Origin: Caecitellus pseudoparvulus
Taxonomy: Eukaryota; Protista; Bigyra: Bicosoecida
Assembly (NCBI GenBank): GCA_965644315.1
Contig: CBFFRQ010000081.1
Location: 124,001-188,000 of the forward strand
Reading direction: 5' to 3'
Length of the DNA stretch: 64,000 bases
The position numbers and the translations under genes were made by a program. Below, in pieces: positions 28,595 to 39,400 of the stretch (positions are counted from its first letter, which is position 1; every line of letters starts with the position of its first letter). Below the pieces are notes generated by a model. The model saw only the letters and a program-made list of their open reading frames with translations. It ran no database searches and was not told where the DNA came from.

Positions 28595-31033
28595 GTGGAA
28601 GGCGATGACTTCATTGTGCGTCTGCCATCAGCTGGCGCGGCCCTGCCCTCTTCACCCTGCGTCCGCTCAACACACAGACAACGAGAGGCAGCCCGAGCGG
28701 CAGAGGCTGAGCGCCTCCTGGCCAGCATGGCGCGTTTCGAGCGACGCATGGCAAGGGCGAGGCGACGCAGGCTGGACCCGCTCTTGGCTGCCTTCCCCAC
28801 CTCAGTGCAGTGGGTGCAGTGCTCTGAACCCACCAGTATCACTCCTTGGCGTGTGCCGGTCATGGCCAGCCTGGGGCACAGCTGTGTGGGGTGGAGCCCC
28901 CTGCCACCCAGTGCTTGGAGCTTGCCTCGCAGTGTGCGCGTGCAGTTATGTGGTACGGAGGCCCAGGGGAGTGCGGGGGACACCGTGCAGCCAGCTGAAC
29001 TGCAGGGGCACAAACTGCCCGTTCTGAGTCTCAAACAAGCGCTGGCTGATGCGGAGAACCTGGAAGCCGACGCAAGTGTGAGTTTGTTAGGTGGCAGCAC
29101 CCATGGTGGCGCTGAGGAGGAGGTGGCTGAGGTCAGTCCACCCCAATCTGCCTTGCAGCCGCCACCTGAAGTTCGGCGCCGCCGAGAAACGCCCGTGCCT
29201 GAGTCAGAGCAATCTGCCTTGCCACCTGCCGAGGACGCAGTGGAGGGAGCCCAACAGGCGCAGTCAGGCACAAGTGCCATGCAGGCTCTGCACGCCCTGC
29301 GGCAGCGAGTGGGTTCGGCGGCAGAGGCGACAAACAAGCCGTCAGTGTCAACGCCGCCAACCAGTGCGACCAGCGTCAGCAGTGTGGCAGCGACGCTGCT
29401 GGGACAGGCGAGGGGGATTTTCAGTGGCAGTGCTGGCGTGAAGGTCGGGTGGGGGCAGTCCGACGCCAGTGGCGGGCTGCTGAGTGGGTTTGCGTGGGGA
29501 GCTGGGGCAACCCAGCGGCGTCCGCCACCCCGCCCCACCTCCACGCCCCAAACGCCACCCGTGCACCGTGTCAAGGCACGTGGGGGGGGCATTTCAGCAG
29601 TGGTGGAGGACTATGTTCCGGATGGCCACGCGGGCGAGGCGCTGCCCCCCCTGCACACCCCTGTGAGGGGCACTGAGTCACGGCCCCGGCGGCTGGAGGA
29701 GTCACCGCTGGTGAAGAGTCACCGCATCTCCACATCCCGCGGGGCGCCCGTGTCCGGCCCCGCCCTCATTCGTGTGCCCCTGCCAGTGGTGGTGGCGCAC
29801 GTCTCCACTCACCTGCAAGCTGGTCTGTGCGGCATTCCTGTCCCGCTGTGGCGGCGCCACGCTGAAGCGGCGTGGTTCCTGCACGTCGCATGTGTCACGC
29901 TGCGCAGCGCTGCACGGCGCATCAAGCGGGAGCTGGCGCGGCGCATGCCATGGAGCTCACCTGCACCCCTCCAGGGCGAGCCTGTCAGCGTGCGACGCAG
30001 TGACTCGGGGGCCACGTTGGCGTTTCCTGCGCGCGTTTTCACACTCGCAGCGCCACGGCTGAAACGCGGCCACTTGGCGACATTCCGCGCGCCGGCGGCT
30101 TTTGTCGGGCACGAAACGTCGTCAGAAACTGTTTCCTGCGAAGTCGGCGTCGCAGCGGGCGTGCTCGCAGCTGCGACGCGGGAGAAACAGGCCCGTCGCA
30201 GTGTGGAGCGGGCGGACGCCGCCTGCAAGTGCATCCTGCAGTGCTTGGTGGATGTGCAGGCAGTGCTGCAGCTGCTGCCGCCACCTGGCGTGACGCTGCA
30301 GCCCCTGCTGGGTGGCATTTCCCCTGCACTGGGCTTGTCTGGTTCCCACGACAGCGACGCAGGCAGCGACGCGCTGCCCAGCACACCCACTTCTGGGCGG
30401 TACGCAGCGAACCCCTTCGGCCCCCCCACACCCGGGCAGCGCCACCAAGCCAGCCCCCCGCCGCCCATCCGTGCACCACGAGGCAACCCCAGCCCCGGCA
30501 CAGTGCCGTCGTCTCCCATTTCGTGGGTGGACGTGGGCAGCCTTCCAGCCCGGCGTACCGGCACCCTGGCGACATCCGCCCCCTCCACCCTCAGTGATGA
30601 CCTCGCCGTGCCCAGCACCACCCGGCAGAGCTCCTACGAAGGCCAGGCGCCCAGTCTGAACACCGCCGCGGCGGCACTGCCTTACCCCCCCCTGCCCAAG
30701 CACGGCACGTTGGTGCTGCCACTGCCTCGCCCGTCGTACGCTGCGGCGTTGCGCCCCCCAGTGCAGTATGCTGTGCGCCTGCGCATGCGCCCCGCCAGCA
30801 CAGGTGTGCCGGTGTTCGCCCAGCAACCCGGCGAAGCAAGGGCTGAGCATTTGCGGCGCATGCTGGACTGCACAGGGGAAGCGCTGCGCACGTGCCGTCT
30901 GCCTGAGGCGGACGCGGCCTGGGCGGAATGGAACATGGCAGCGGCGCTGCTGGTGGTGAACCTGCGCACAGTGCTGCAGTCAACGGCAGAGCTGTGTCCG
31001 TGGAGCAGGCAAGGCACCACCAGCCATGCATGA
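28595..31033 (+). CDS. Large protein, possibly UVRAG/ATG14(VPS38)-like; 5' end unresolved
   Basis: 812-aa ORF. Coiled segment ending RRRRLDPLLAAFP, LCGIPVP...AAWFLHVA and C-terminal EWNMAAALLVVNLRTVL weakly recall the UVRAG/ATG14 BARA region. Upstream coding-like frame 28332-28560 is not cleanly joined. Confidence 0.45.
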   Translation: MEGDDFIVRLPSAGAALPSSPCVRSTHRQREAARAAEAERLLASMARFERRMARARRRRLDPLLAAFPTSVQWVQCSEPTSITPWRVPVMASLGHSCVGWSPLPPSAWSLPRSVRVQLCGTEAQGSAGDTVQPAELQGHKLPVLSLKQALADAENLEADASVSLLGGSTHGGAEEEVAEVSPPQSALQPPPEVRRRRETPVPESEQSALPPAEDAVEGAQQAQSGTSAMQALHALRQRVGSAAEATNKPSVSTPPTSATSVSSVAATLLGQARGIFSGSAGVKVGWGQSDASGGLLSGFAWGAGATQRRPPPRPTSTPQTPPVHRVKARGGGISAVVEDYVPDGHAGEALPPLHTPVRGTESRPRRLEESPLVKSHRISTSRGAPVSGPALIRVPLPVVVAHVSTHLQAGLCGIPVPLWRRHAEAAWFLHVACVTLRSAARRIKRELARRMPWSSPAPLQGEPVSVRRSDSGATLAFPARVFTLAAPRLKRGHLATFRAPAAFVGHETSSETVSCEVGVAAGVLAAATREKQARRSVERADAACKCILQCLVDVQAVLQLLPPPGVTLQPLLGGISPALGLSGSHDSDAGSDALPSTPTSGRYAANPFGPPTPGQRHQASPPPPIRAPRGNPSPGTVPSSPISWVDVGSLPARRTGTLATSAPSTLSDDLAVPSTTRQSSYEGQAPSLNTAAAALPYPPLPKHGTLVLPLPRPSYAAALRPPVQYAVRLRMRPASTGVPVFAQQPGEARAEHLRRMLDCTGEALRTCRLPEADAAWAEWNMAAALLVVNLRTVLQSTAELCPWSRQGTTSHA

Positions 31034-31058
31034 ATTTAAGCCTGTCGCGTCGGCGCAC

Positions 31059-33060
31059 TCAAAAGTGCACCTTGCACATTGCACGAATGGCCGCCAACCG
31101 TTCCTGCACGCAGCCCGAGGATTGGTGTTCGAAGTGCGCCCGGCGCATGTGTTCCAGCACGCTGGCGCCATTGGACTTGATGAACTCAGTCGTCGTGTCA
31201 GAAAAGGCCATGAGCCAGAGCACCCCCAGCGCGTTCTCTGTGACGGGCAGGTTGTCGCAGAAGTGGCGCAGCGTGCGGCTCATCAGCTGCGCGCCGCCCT
31301 GCCGAGCCAGGCACCGGCGGTGCGAGCCGTGGAACGCCAGCTGCATCAGGCGTGCTGCGACGCAGCTGACGAGGTCTGCGGCGCTGCCCTCGCTGGGCAC
31401 CACATCCGCCTCCTCGCCAGGCACGACCCGGTCCAAAAGCCGCAGCAGTGGAACGGGGGAGGGGCACTTGCGCACGGCGTGCATGAGGTCAGCAGGGTCA
31501 GTGATGTTGTCCAGGAACACACCACACACGTGCCCGAGCAGCAACATTACCTTGGCGCTGTGCCTGAAGAGGTGCGTGCCCATGAGTGCCTCGACAGTGT
31601 CCATGCTCTCGCTGCGTCGGCTCAAGCACTGCACCACCTCGTGTTCGGGCTGGGGGGCTCCATCGCGCTCAGCCTCAGCCGAGCCAAGGAATGCACACAC
31701 CAAGTTGCCCTGGGGTTCAGTGGACTCTGGCAGCTCGCCGCTGGAAGGGTGCTTCAGGCAGCTCGTCATGGCTTCCAGGCCGCCCGCGTTCGCCAGAGCG
31801 ACTTTGAACTCCACACCACACCGACACCAGCAGGTGGAGCCGCGCAGGGCAACCAGGCCGAACCTCTCGACAGGGTTCGCATTCTGCAGTGCCATGGCCA
31901 GGATGTCGCCCCACTTGGCGTGCTCTGTGCAGGCTTTCAAGAGCTTGGCGCCCTGTTCTTCCGGCAGGGCTGGGCCGCTCGTGGGCCGCACGTGGTTCAG
32001 CAAGTGGTACACGAGGGTAGATGCCATAGTCACCACATCACGCGCCTCCAGATGACGGGAGGCCACATTTGCTGCGATGGTGAAGATGTCTTGGCTTGCC
32101 ATGCTGAGTGCGGTCTGGGGGGTCAGTGCCAGGTTGGAGAGAGTCACGAGGAGGTTGGACGTCGTGCGCATGTCCATCTGGTGCGCTACGACGCTCTCGA
32201 GAATGACGGCGGTGCGCCCCGCAGACCCAATGGACATCTTGTTCCCGTCGGATCGTGAGAGGCACCACAGCAGGCGTGACGACTGCCGCAGCACTGGAAG
32301 CGATTTGCTAGACTGTGAATGAGCGGTGGTAGGGTGTGGGTGGGTGTGGGCGCATCTGCGGAGCGGGGTCGCCGCTCAGCACGCACCTGCAGCAGCAACA
32401 GCAGTGCCTCTGTGACGTTGTCCCCCAAAAATTGCAGCATGGGGTCTGTGGCGTGCGGTTGACGGAGGTTGACAGCGGGTGAGGTGTGACGGGCGGCGGG
32501 CGACGCACGGTCTTTCCAGGCTGTGGAGGGTATGCTGGAGGCATGCTCCACGAGATTCGCCAGGCACTCCAGAACGGTGGAGGTGTGGGCGCCATCAGCG
32601 GCTGCTGCAGCATCGGGGATGAGGTCGCGCAGCTGCTCCGCTTTGCCTCTCCACGCGCCTCGCATCAGGCCAGAGCTTGCCGCAGCTGCTGCTGGTGACG
32701 TCGATGCAGGCTCGGCAGTGACATCTAAAGTACTGTGCTCCAAGGCACCATGTTCCAAAGCAAACTCAAGAGTGGCCTCCAGCGTCTGGTCCATGGAGTG
32801 AGTCTGCGAGTGGGGGCGACGCAGCAGGTGCGGAGATGAGCGATGGGCGAAACGCCAGCAGAAACCCTCACGGCATCGGCTTCCACAGCTTCTCTCTCGC
32901 GCGCCCGGCTCCGCAACGTGGCAATACGAGCCGCTGCAGCTCTAGCCCTCGTTCGGGCTCCGCGCTCGCCCTCGCTCCCCGAGTGAACTTGAAAGCCAAA
33001 GCTGAGTCCTCCAGCAGTTGGCGGGGTGAACTCGCCAGACCGCTGCCGAGGCACAGACAT
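31059..33060 (-). CDS. Armadillo-repeat protein, 3 exons
   Basis: Frame-consistent introns 32804-32871 and 32313-32386. ARM-like repeats (LANAGGLEAM...KHP; LARQGGAQLM...VTENALGVLWLMA; IKSNGASVL..M..H). Confidence 0.7.
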
Positions 33061-33267
33061 GGCGATCGATGGCCCCAAGGCTGACGTGGGAAGCGGGCCA
33101 CAACAGAGGGGGTGCATTGCCACATTGATGGTTGGGTTCGAAATGCCCTGCGAGTGCAAGTGCTGTAAGCTGCGGCGCAGAGTGCCCTTCCAGCCTGCAC
33201 TGCTCTCAAAGCCCCGTGCAGTGAGGCAGCCCCACCCCAGCTGACCCGGCCCACTCACCCGCGCAAG

Positions 33268-34222
33268 CTAGCCCTGTTGGGACTGCTTTTCGACTCCCCT
33301 CTGCCCCTCCCCTTCACCGCCTGGCTGCAGTGGTGCCCCTGAGGCATCTGTGGTTTGCCCGGCGGGGTGGGCGATGTAGGTGTTTGGGAGAGGCACGCTG
33401 TGCGGGAAGGGCAGCTTGGCGCTGCTCTGCACCTCCTCTGTCGTGGGGGGGAAGGCCACGGTCAGCGTGCGGCACTCGCAGTTCATGAAGCGCTTCGCGG
33501 CCACCCGTTCGTCGCCGCTGGACAGCACGTGGTACAGCAGCGTCTCCAGGAAGACGCCGTGAGAAACGACAGCGATGTTCTTCTGAGGCAGGGCGCGTAG
33601 AAACTTGACGAACTGTGTGCCTCGCTCCGCGACCTCCCGCAGCGTCTCCCTCCGCTCTTCGTCGTGCCAGGTGTCTGTGCAGCGGCGGAAATTGAGACGT
33701 TTGCGTTCACCACGCCGCGCTGCCCCGGCGTCGCGGGCACGCACCAGCGTCTGTTTTGATGAGTGAAAAGTCCACTTCTGGGAAGTCTCCTTGCACTGCA
33801 CTGACTGGGCCGCGTTTGGAGGAGAAATGCACTCCGAACGCTTCCCGCACCACTTCCACAGCCAGCATGGGCAGCGGCACCGACGTGCCACTCGCCGTGT
33901 GAAGCGCTGACAAAGACGGCTGGCCATCCTGCTCGCCGAAGAGGGTGGCAGCCGTCTGCAGCGTGCGCAGCAGCGGTGACACGATGACTAGATCGAACTT
34001 CACGCCCGACTGCAGCAGGGTCTGCCGCAGATCTGCTGCTTGGGCGAGGCCGGTTTCAGTGAGCGGCGAGTCTGTCAGTCGAGGGTCAGCGAAGGAGGCC
34101 TCTGCACCTACGTCCCGTGCCGCGACATTGTGCACCGCCTCCCCGTGGCGAATGAACGACACCTGCTTTGTGCAGTCGGCCACAAACGCATAGGCGGGTG
34201 GCGCCGCCTGGCCAGCTGCCAT
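33268..34222 (-). CDS. Histidine phosphatase / phosphoglycerate-mutase-like protein, 2 exons
   Basis: FIRHGEAVHN, DSPLTETG, IVSPLLRTLQTA, intron 33675-33744, IAVVSHGVFL, FMNCE. Confidence 0.9.
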
Positions 34223-34557
34223 GGTGCCCAGCGCTCCGTCCGCAAGGGGGGGCTGAGACCTGCAGCAGGGGGGACACGGTTATCAACGCAGTCCTGTGCT
34301 GCAGTGCCGAGTGTCCGTGTGTTGTGTGTTTTTTGCACGGCGTTTTGCGAGCGCCGTGCAGTTGGGCTGCCTGCTCTGCTCGGCGCAGAAACCCAGGGGG
34401 GGGGGGGTTCGAAGAGCCCTGCCAGGGACCGTGCGTGACACAAGCACCCGAAAAGTACAACTCTCCGACCCACAGCTCACGTGCCCTCTTTGCGTTTCTT
34501 CTGCGATCTCGACACACTCCGCCAGCTTGCGGAATTCGACCTGACCACCCCGCCAAA

Positions 34558-35309
34558 ATGCTGAGTGCTGCACGCGCTGCCGCTGCGGTGGCTGCTCGCC
34601 CGCTGGCGCCTGCCATGGCTCGTGGCATCGCTGTCGGGACGAAGATCCCCTCCGAGAGCATGAAGGTCGTCACTGGCGACGAGGTCGCCGACGCCGTCGC
34701 TTCCGAGTACTTCGCTGGCAAGAAGGTGTGTCTGGAAGCCACGTCAGTGCGAGGCACCGGCGCAGCGCACGGCTCGCCCCTCTCCCAGGTCGTGCTGGTG
34801 GGCATCCCAGGTGCATTCACAGGCACCTGTTACGGCACCCACATCCCAGACTTCGTGCAGCATGCTGACGAGATCAAGGCGAAGGTACGGAGTGTAACAC
34901 TCGAACGCAGAGACGTCCTACACACACGATCCCGCCGCTGGCACAGGGCGCGGATGCCATTGCTGTGCTGGGCGTGAATGATTTCTTCGTCATGAAGGAG
35001 TTCGCCAAGGCCCTGGGCGCAGGCGACAAGGTGTGTACTGCGTGTTCTGCACAACGCGTTGGCTCAGCGCGCCCTCAAACGAAACGCCCCCCCACCCCCT
35101 CCGCGCAGCTGTCCTTCATCGCCGACGGCAACGGTACGCTCACCGCTGCCCTGGACGCAAGCGTGGACTTTTCAGGGGCCCATTTCGGCACTCGCACGAC
35201 GCGTTTCAGCGCGGTGGTGGAGGACGGCACAGTCACTGCAGCCAACGTGGAGTCTGACCCTGGTGCTGTGGCAGCTTCCGACGCCGCCACCATCCTCAAG
35301 CAGCTGTGA
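34558..35309 (+). CDS. PRDX5: Type II peroxiredoxin (PRDX5-like), probably mitochondrial, 4 exons
   Basis: Introns 34726-34788, 34885-34946, 35031-35108. KKVVLVGIPGAFTGTC, HIPDF, VNDFFVM, FIADGNG, RTTRFSAVVEDG. Presequence MLSAARAAA. Confidence 0.92.
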
Positions 35310-35337
35310 GGCGCAGCCACTGCCGTCGTCTTGGCTG

Positions 35338-35961
35338 TCAGAGCGCCGACGTGGCCGCGTGCAGCTCAGCCAATGCACTGTCCAGCAAGTCACTCGTGGC
35401 GCCATCAGATTCCGCAGCAGCTGGTGACGCAGCTTGCACCAGGTGCGCTGTGCTGGCGTCAAAGAGGGCTTGGGCTGCGGGCCGCAGTGTGCGAGTCGTG
35501 GAGACGACTTTGTGAACGCGGAAGGACAGCTTCACCTTGCCAACCTCTGTCACACAGGCCAGGGCTGCCCACACCATGTCGAGGCAGTCCGACGAGCAAC
35601 GGATGATGCCAAGGTGTGACACTGCATCCCACCATCGCACTGTGCACGTACATATTGGTGATGTGTGCCTCCGGGTGAAGCAGAGCGCCCGCTCGCACGA
35701 GGGATGTGCGGAAATTGATCACGCACCCTGCAGCTGCATTTGCGCCTTGCCCAGCCCAACGTTGCCGTAGTCTGTCACGATCGCATCCTGCGAGGGGGAA
35801 ACAATGAACCGTACAATATGGTAATCTTGCAGGTGTGCCACGTCCTGACGTACCTTCAAGGCAGCCCAGATCTCGTGCGATGACACAGAACCGGGTGCGA
35901 GTGCCCGACCTGGTCCGGGGTTGGCCTGCACCAGAAGGAAGCGCTGCTTCAGGCGCACCAT
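35338..35961 (-). CDS. POP5: RNase P/MRP subunit Pop5 (Rpp14/Pop5 family), 3 exons
   Basis: MVRLKQRFLL; introns 35788-35853 and 35640-35726; DYGNVG, LGIIRC, VWAAL, FRVHKVVST. Confidence 0.85.
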
Positions 35962-36470
35962 GGCCGATGTGGAGATGAGTGGAGACAGGTGGGGGGGTGC
36001 AAGGGCAAGCGCTGTGGGTGCCTGGCCAGAGGCATCGGAGAGAAGACTGGATTGTGTGTGATGCGTCCTGCTTTCCAGGGCGCCTTGCTCACTCCAAGCG
36101 CACGTGGTGCAACGCTGCAAAATTGTATGCACCAACATCATGAACAGGGCCTGCCTCGAGCGTCAACGCAAGCATCGCGCTCAGACCTTGCCGAAGCTCC
36201 GGGTTACCTTGCTTGCCGGAGTACACCAGAGAACTCTGCGTGGGTTCCTCTTGCAGACTTCTCCACGCACAGGGGCTGTTCGTGTCCCACGTGGACCACG
36301 CTGAACCACACGTTCAGAGTGCACAGGCGGCTCCCCTCTCCTGCTGCGGCTGTGGGCGGCGTGGGTTGCCCTGTGCCGGGAATTCGGGCCGCGTTACGAG
36401 GCGCTGTCTCCGGCTGCCAGGAGTCCAACCAAGCCAGGCGACGCCTGCATCTCCTCCAAAACTCTTCGAC

Positions 36471-39400
36471 ATGTTTGGTTTGATGTCCATGCAGATCCTT
36501 GCTTGCCTCGCGGCGTTTGGGGCCTCGGTGGCGCCTCGTGCGTGGTGCCGGCAGCTGCTGCGTCGCTTGCGGCCGAGCACCCTTTCTTTCCCTCCCTTCC
36601 ACAGGCGAATCCAGGGCAAACTACTTCTTTTGTACGTGTGAAGCGCACCAGTGGACAAAGGCGCTGGTCGAGGCACGCACCGCTTCTTCGCTCCACTCGC
36701 AGATGATGACACACGGTTCACGCCAAACGTGTCTGGCCTGGGGAGCAGTCTCTCCCACAGCGGGCAGCTTCTTGCTCACTCGCACATGAACTACTCCGCG
36801 GCGTATGCCGGCACAGCAGATGTAGTGCAAGCGTCGTCTCACATCCACGAGGTGCCGCACGACCACCGTGCGTGGCTGTATGATGGCCCAGGTCGTGTCG
36901 GCGACCGCCTTCTAACAGCAGCAGGTCGCACCAGCTGGGCAGTGGGGATCGGTGGCAGGGTGGTGCTGTTCCGGGCGAACTCCTCTGTCTCCCCCTCAGC
37001 TGGCGGTGTCTCACCTGTGCCCACTGTGCAGGCGCTGCAGTCCTCTGGGCTGGGCATGGAGCCGTCGTCAAGTGGCCTGTATGCAGAGGCCGTGCAAGGG
37101 TCCACGCAGCACACACTTGACGCACAGCTGGAGCTGGGTGCGCTGATCGGCGAAGATCTCGCGCCCAATGTCTCTACTGTGCGCATGCTTGACCTGGCAG
37201 CAGCGCAGGGTGGAGCAGAGGACGTCCTTGCTCACGTGTATCGGCACGTCGCAAAAGCCGAGGAAGCTGCCGCGCAGGCGCGGTCCACAGCTTGGGGTGG
37301 GCTGTACGCTGCTTCCTTTCACATTGTCCTACACAATGCTACTGCCTTGCGGGTGGTTGTGGCACTCCGCCGAGTGCCCTTCGACTTGTGTGTCGCTTCC
37401 CCCGTGCAACCGTGTCTCAACTCGACCCAGCCTGGCTTTGCTTGGCGACGCGCCTTCCTGGCCGTGAGGGACTGGGCAAGCCCGTGGGATTGGGCTGCAT
37501 CCATTGACATCGATGGCGGCGACGCGTTGGCTGTGGGCGCACCAGGTGCAAACCGCGTGGACGTTGCCACGTGCAGCCATGTTGGAGAGCTGGTGCGGCA
37601 GCATGGACTCTCTTATCCCGCGGCTGAGCAGTGGGAGTTTACCCACGTGGCACATATTCCAACTCCTGACACGTCCCCAAATTATACCGCTGTCAGTGAT
37701 GGGAGCACGTATTCTCTCAGTGGCCTGGAGCGATTTGGCGCAGTTGTGCACTTGGACGAACGATTCCTCGTCGTGGCGGCGCCGAATCACCATGGGCTGC
37801 GCAACGACTTTGACACTGAAATGACGGTCCTACAGCTGACCGGAGGCCCGAGCAAGGGGGCAGTGTATGTGTTTGATGCCCCCCAGCGGCGGTACTTCTC
37901 GCCAAAAGGTCGTGCCTTTGACTTCACAGCGCGGCGATTTGGGGGCGCCTCTCCCCTGACCCAGCTGCCCTGGGGTGCAGCAGTCTCACAAGTCTGCATT
38001 GCTGGGCAGCCTGTCGCAGCACCGAGCTCCCCTTGCACTGCCCTGGCAACTCCTTTGAGGCCAGTGTCCAGGGCTGGCGCTCCAGCTGCATCGGCCGGGC
38101 CGCTGGGCATCTCCCTTGCCGTGCTGCACTTTCGTAGCTGGAGTTTGGTGGCCGTTGGGTCTGGAGACAAGCGCGTCATCATGCTGGCACTGGGAGACGA
38201 AGATGCAGTTCTGGGGAGGCAGGACCCTGCCCGTCCTGCGACACACTGGGTGGGCTGGCTCCTGCCACAGGATGGCTCGTCTGACTTTGGAGCTGAGGTG
38301 GCAGTGGGATTGGAGCACCTGTACATCGGCTCCCCCTCAGTCACCAACGCTGGTGTGGAGGAGCAGCCGTACGCGCTACCTGCGACTGCCCTGCCAGGCC
38401 GCATGTACGTTGCGCGGAATTGTGCGCCTGGCAGAGCATGGGTGCCCGGCCAACCAGCCGGCACCTCCGCCTACTTCGGTCGCTGCGGCAACTGTCCAGC
38501 AGGCACATTCTCACACGGCGGTACCGAAAGTGCTGCGAATATGTGCCGCCCCTGCCCCACTGCGCTGCCAGCGAACGCCGTTTGGGTTCGTGGCGGCAAC
38601 TGCGACATCCAGTGCATCTCTGGCTTCCACTACTTCTTGCAAGGGTCGGTGGACACTTGCGTCACTTGCGCAGCGTTCGCTTCCGCCCAAGGCTGGTTCC
38701 TGCCCGCCAATGCCTCATGGGTCGAAGGGGGCTCATCGTGTGACTGGGCCTGTGAGCCAGGGCTGGCTCTGAATGGAAACGGCACAGCGTGTGTGGTGCA
38801 ACAGGCCCCCCTGGCGCCCCTTACCCCCCATGCCTTGGAAGTCAATGCCTCTTCAGTGCTGCTGGCAGTGTGGCTGCCAACAGTTCTGCCTCGGGGTGCA
38901 CCGTTTACTTCTCTGCGCTTGGTGCTGCATGGAAGCAGGGGTGCTGGCGAATGGCGCCGCAACGTGAGCGTGGTCATTCTTCCCCACGAAGGCCGGTCTT
39001 TGCTCCCGCAGGCAAAACACCTGGGCGGAGCTTTCACGAAGCTTTCCTCAGCGCACGTGGCAGATGAAACTGCCCGTCAGGCTGGGCGCAATGTCTCCGC
39101 CTTCACCCTCACCGGTGTGCTTCTCACTGGGCTGTCGGCTGGGACCAACTTCAGCGTCTCTGCACAAGTCAAGCGCGCCTTGACCACCTTCGGGCAGCTG
39201 TCGCCCCCTTCTCCCACTTTCAAGACCACGCCCAGGAGAGACCCGCCGGTGTGCATGCCCCCTGCTCCCCTCGCAGTGGATGCAGTGTTTTCTTCAGCGA
39301 TACTTCTGCGCTGGCACGTGGTGGCCGTCCCCGCAGACTGGCAGGCTCAAGGCTGGGCACACCCGCGGCATGTCCATCACGTCCTTGGGGACTCGGAGGA

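Noticed and set aside
17547-35853. Many stop-free introns with length divisible by 3
   Set aside because: About a third of the inferred introns are 3n, as expected by chance, and high GC explains the lack of stops.
69-36866. Numerous 100-400 aa antisense or alternative-frame ORFs
   Set aside because: Shadow ORFs typical of high-GC coding DNA overlapping better-supported genes.
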